Part shown: positions 61,067 through 64,000 of the stretch, in pieces | Layout of the letters: every line of letters begins with the position of its first letter | Position numbering within the stretch: position 1 is the stretch's first letter | Origin: an uncultured virus (IMG/VR IMGVR_UViG_3300031857_015429) | Taxonomy: Duplodnaviria > Heunggongvirae > Uroviricota > Caudoviricetes | Strand: one strand, 5' to 3' | DNA length: 64,000 nt | Virus record (IMG/VR): IMGVR_UViG_3300031857_015429 | Location: 1 to 64,000 of that record | The notes under the pieces: generated by a model | The model's input: the letters and a program-made list of their open reading frames with translations, nothing else | Told to the model about the DNA's origin: nothing | Database searches by the model: none | Made by a program: the position numbers and the translations under genes

Positions 61067-62380
61067 ATGTCAACTGCTGGATTATTAGATAATACATTCC
61101 CCCAAGGGGTTAATTACGGTTTTGATAAAGACGTACATGACATTAAAATTCAAAGTGATAGTAAAATACTTGTTTCTGGTGATTTTGAGCATTATGATTA
61201 TGAAGGAACATTATATGTGTCCCCATATCTTTTAAGATTAAATTCGGATGGGACTTTTGACCCTACTTTTGATATTACAGTTGGTAGTTCAGGTTTTAAT
61301 GAGAGCGTAAGAACTATTCATATTCAGACTGATGGTAAAATATTAGTCGGTGGATTTTTTACTCAATTAACAAGAGATAGTATAACCTATAATGTTGGTC
61401 GTATTATTAGATTTAATTCTGATGGTACGGTTGATAATACTTTTAGTGGTGGTACAGGATTTAATGATGAGGTCTATAAAATAGAAGTCCAAGATGATGG
61501 AAAAATAGTTGTTGGGGGTAAATTTACTCAATACGATGGTCAATCATATAATAGAATAATAAGGTTATATTCTGATGGTACTATTGACCCCACATTTGTG
61601 ATAGGTAATGGAATAGAGGATGGTGGACCTGCGGTTTACGTGTTAGATGTTTTAAAACAACCTGATGGTAAATTAATCGCAGTAGGTCTTTTTGATACAT
61701 ATGATGGGAACTCATCACCAAATGTTGTTAGAATTTTAACAGGTGGCGGCTTTGATTCTTCTTTTAATGTTGGTACTGGTACAAACGCATTAGTAACCAC
61801 AGTGGGTTTACAATCAACGGGTAAAATAATTCTTGGCGGTAATTTTACCGATTACAATGGTAATGATTTATCATTTGGTAAGTTAGTAAGAATAAATAGT
61901 GACGGGTCTTTTTCAAATTCATTTTCATTTGGGTTAGACTCACAAGTAAGTTCTTTAATAATCCAATCAGATGATAAAATTATTGTAGGTGGTTCATTCA
62001 CAAAATACTATACGTCCTTAGTTGATTTTATTACGGCAAATAAATTAATTAAGTTTTTAAGTAATACTTCATTAGACAATTCTTTTTATTTAAACCCTAA
62101 TTATGATGATGTATTTTTAGCTTTCGCGTTAACACCTAACGATGGGTTTTTATTTTTAGGTGGTGATAGTAATTACCCACCATTTAATCATTTTGGTAAA
62201 TTAATAAATGAAGCGTTAGTCCCTATAAGCGCCAATACCGAATATTTTATGTGTTTGGTATGTTCAGGTGAAACAAGTTCTATTTCAGTCCCTCATGCAA
62301 TATATAGTGATGGGAGTGGTAGAGATGTAATACAATTAAACACGGTCGCTTTAGGCGGTCCAAATGGATTATATAATTAA
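61067..62380 (+). CDS. Delta-60-repeat (DUF5122-like) beta-propeller protein with shared C-terminal module
   Basis: About 7 repeats of Q-x-D-G-K-I-L-V-G-G-x-F...R-L-N-S-D-G-T-x-D-x-T-F. Confidence 0.8.
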   Translation: MSTAGLLDNTFPQGVNYGFDKDVHDIKIQSDSKILVSGDFEHYDYEGTLYVSPYLLRLNSDGTFDPTFDITVGSSGFNESVRTIHIQTDGKILVGGFFTQLTRDSITYNVGRIIRFNSDGTVDNTFSGGTGFNDEVYKIEVQDDGKIVVGGKFTQYDGQSYNRIIRLYSDGTIDPTFVIGNGIEDGGPAVYVLDVLKQPDGKLIAVGLFDTYDGNSSPNVVRILTGGGFDSSFNVGTGTNALVTTVGLQSTGKIILGGNFTDYNGNDLSFGKLVRINSDGSFSNSFSFGLDSQVSSLIIQSDDKIIVGGSFTKYYTSLVDFITANKLIKFLSNTSLDNSFYLNPNYDDVFLAFALTPNDGFLFLGGDSNYPPFNHFGKLINEALVPISANTEYFMCLVCSGETSSISVPHAIYSDGSGRDVIQLNTVALGGPNGLYN

Positions 62381-62382
62381 TT

Positions 62383-62922
62383 ATGAAAAAAGTTGTTAGA
62401 TTAAACGAAAATGAATTAAGTTTTTTAATTAAAAGAGTAATTAAAGAACAAGAGAATAGTAGATATATGTTCTTTTCTAATTTAGAACAAATTAAAAGAC
62501 AATGTGAAATTCTTTTAGACATGGACGAAGAAGAAATTAGTTCTATTTTAGAGAATGGTCACGATTGGGCTCAAGACCATATTGCTGAAGCCAAAAACAA
62601 TATGGACCAAGTGTTTGATTTTTTAATGAATGAAACAAAAAGAGACAACTCTGAAATGGAGATGTATGAAGACGACAATACTCAAGAAGACGAGGCATTG
62701 GCGATTAGTATGACTAATCCTGATTTAGGTTTAGCAATGTCAGTTAATGAAATGGATGAAATAACTGAGAAAACTAAAAAAAACAAACCTACAAACCCTA
62801 AACTATGGCAACAATGTTTATCTTGGGCAAGGGCACGATATAAAGTTTGCCCAAGTGCTTATTGTAATGGGGCCGCCGCCAAACGATATAAGTCCAAGGG
62901 GGGTAAATGGAAAAGAGTTTAA
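62383..62922 (+). CDS. Hypothetical protein with basic C-terminal domain (possible internal virion protein)
   Basis: Leader MKKVVRLNENELSFLIKRVIKEQ, acidic middle, C-terminal PTNPKLW...PSAYCNG...YKSKGGKW. Confidence 0.6.
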   Translation: MKKVVRLNENELSFLIKRVIKEQENSRYMFFSNLEQIKRQCEILLDMDEEEISSILENGHDWAQDHIAEAKNNMDQVFDFLMNETKRDNSEMEMYEDDNTQEDEALAISMTNPDLGLAMSVNEMDEITEKTKKNKPTNPKLWQQCLSWARARYKVCPSAYCNGAAAKRYKSKGGKWKRV

Positions 62923-62931
62923 CAAATTTTT

Positions 62932-62959
62932 AAAAAGGAGATTAATTCTCCTTTTTTTT
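62932..62959 (+). terminator. Rho-independent terminator
   Basis: AAAAAGGAGA-TTAAT-TCTCCTTTTTTTT. Confidence 0.75.
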
Positions 62960-62991
62960 ATTCTTTTATGTTTATCCATATATTTATTGTT

Positions 62992-63477
62992 ATGGATAAA
63001 CAATGTAGTAAATGTGGTGTTATAAAAAATATTAATGATTTTTACAAATCACAAAGAGGAACTAAATGTAGAGAATGTACTTTACAAATCGGAAGAGAAT
63101 ATAAAAAAAACAAACGTATGGTTCCTGAATTTAGGAAAAATGAAAGTAAAAAACAAAAAGAACGTAGAGTAAGGTTATGGCAAAATACTTTACTTAATGA
63201 TTCTAATAAAAGAAATGTCATACGTGAAATTGATGTTGATTTTATAAATGAATTATATGAAAAACAGAATGGTTTATGTTATTGGTTTAAAATACCTTTA
63301 ACACCTTCTACTGGTAAAAAACACCCTCAACAACCTTCCCTTGATAGGTTAGATAGAAATAAAGGGTATACTAAAGATAATGTTGTTTTAACTTGCTATG
63401 CTGCCAATATTGGTAGAAATGAGAATGATGTGGAAACATGGTCTGAATTCCTAAACGTTTTATTTCAAAAAAAATAG
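62992..63477 (+). CDS. Zinc-finger / His-Me-finger (HNH-like) endonuclease, possibly homing
   Basis: CSKC...CREC; LYEKQNGLCYW...PSLDRLDRNKGYTKDNVVLTCYAANIGRN. Start re-assigned to ATG 62992, just after TATTTAT. Confidence 0.7.
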   Translation: MDKQCSKCGVIKNINDFYKSQRGTKCRECTLQIGREYKKNKRMVPEFRKNESKKQKERRVRLWQNTLLNDSNKRNVIREIDVDFINELYEKQNGLCYWFKIPLTPSTGKKHPQQPSLDRLDRNKGYTKDNVVLTCYAANIGRNENDVETWSEFLNVLFQKK

Positions 63478-63533
63478 TTTAATTTATACCCTATTTAAAA
63501 AAACATTCATATATTTGTTTTAAATAGATTAAT

Positions 63534-63968
63534 ATGTTAGAACGATTACGAACTTTGATTAAAAGACAATATGTTAAATATCTTATATGGGCAAGATATA
63601 GACATTTTAACAGCGCATTTGGTAAAGAAGTCCAAAAACTAAATTATAATGAACGAATTTGTAAATCAATTTGTCATAAATTGATTAATCAAGATGACTC
63701 TAAATTTTTGATTGCACCTATCTCAGGTAAACGTTATATAAAAAATACAAGATTAGGTTTATTTATTATTCTTGATGAAAGAAGGATTAGTATCACAAAT
63801 CACGTATACCATTATGATGTAGTTCTAAACGAAAGAGATTGGGATAGAATTACAGGTATGTATGATAATAAGACCGAAAAAATTAGACAGGAGTTTGAAG
63901 ACGAGATGATTTCACAAATTAAAAGTTCACTAAGTAGTATTTTAGAAAAAGTTAGTAAAAAATATTAA
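63534..63968 (+). CDS. Hypothetical protein
   Basis: 144-aa ORF. Confidence 0.6.
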   Translation: MLERLRTLIKRQYVKYLIWARYRHFNSAFGKEVQKLNYNERICKSICHKLINQDDSKFLIAPISGKRYIKNTRLGLFIILDERRISITNHVYHYDVVLNERDWDRITGMYDNKTEKIRQEFEDEMISQIKSSLSSILEKVSKKY

Positions 63969-64000
63969 CCTTTATTTTTAATAAACTCTAATAGATAGTT

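Noticed and set aside
1..64000. Alternative genetic code (stop-codon reassignment) as in some large phages
   Set aside because: Long genes are intact and tightly packed under the standard code, with no fragmentation.

Overview
AT-rich, gene-dense 64 kb segment of a large, probably jumbo, myovirus-type (contractile-tailed, distantly T4-like) bacteriophage read in the standard genetic code. It encodes tail tube, tail sheath, tail terminator and neck proteins, a gp5-like spike, a SNF2 helicase, a family B DNA polymerase, a stand-alone exonuclease, dUTPase, PhoH, a gp55-like sigma factor, a WYL protein, a His-Me endonuclease and an Fe/Mn-SOD fused to a nuclease-like domain. The main candidate system is phage-encoded mucin-type protein glycosylation. 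A run of probable virion proteins with long Thr/Pro (TPT) tracts (18.7 kb, 25.8-35.3 kb, plus a Thr-rich loop in the sheath) is co-oriented with, and interrupted by, a glycosyltransferase block: a GT60-like polypeptide GlcNAc-transferase, GT7-like, GT10 fucosyltransferase and HtrL-like genes. A second cluster (38-54 kb) adds GDP-fucose synthesis (gmd, fcl), sugar methyltransferases and about seven more GT-like genes. Other signals: a probable +1/-2 programmed frameshift downstream of the tail tube gene, a recurrent sense-strand TATTTAT late-promoter motif, shared N- and C-terminal modules on probable decoration proteins, and possible prohead-protease (I/L-x-E) leaders. All family assignments come from motif recognition by eye, not from database searches. 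No tRNA, rRNA, CRISPR array or integrase was seen.
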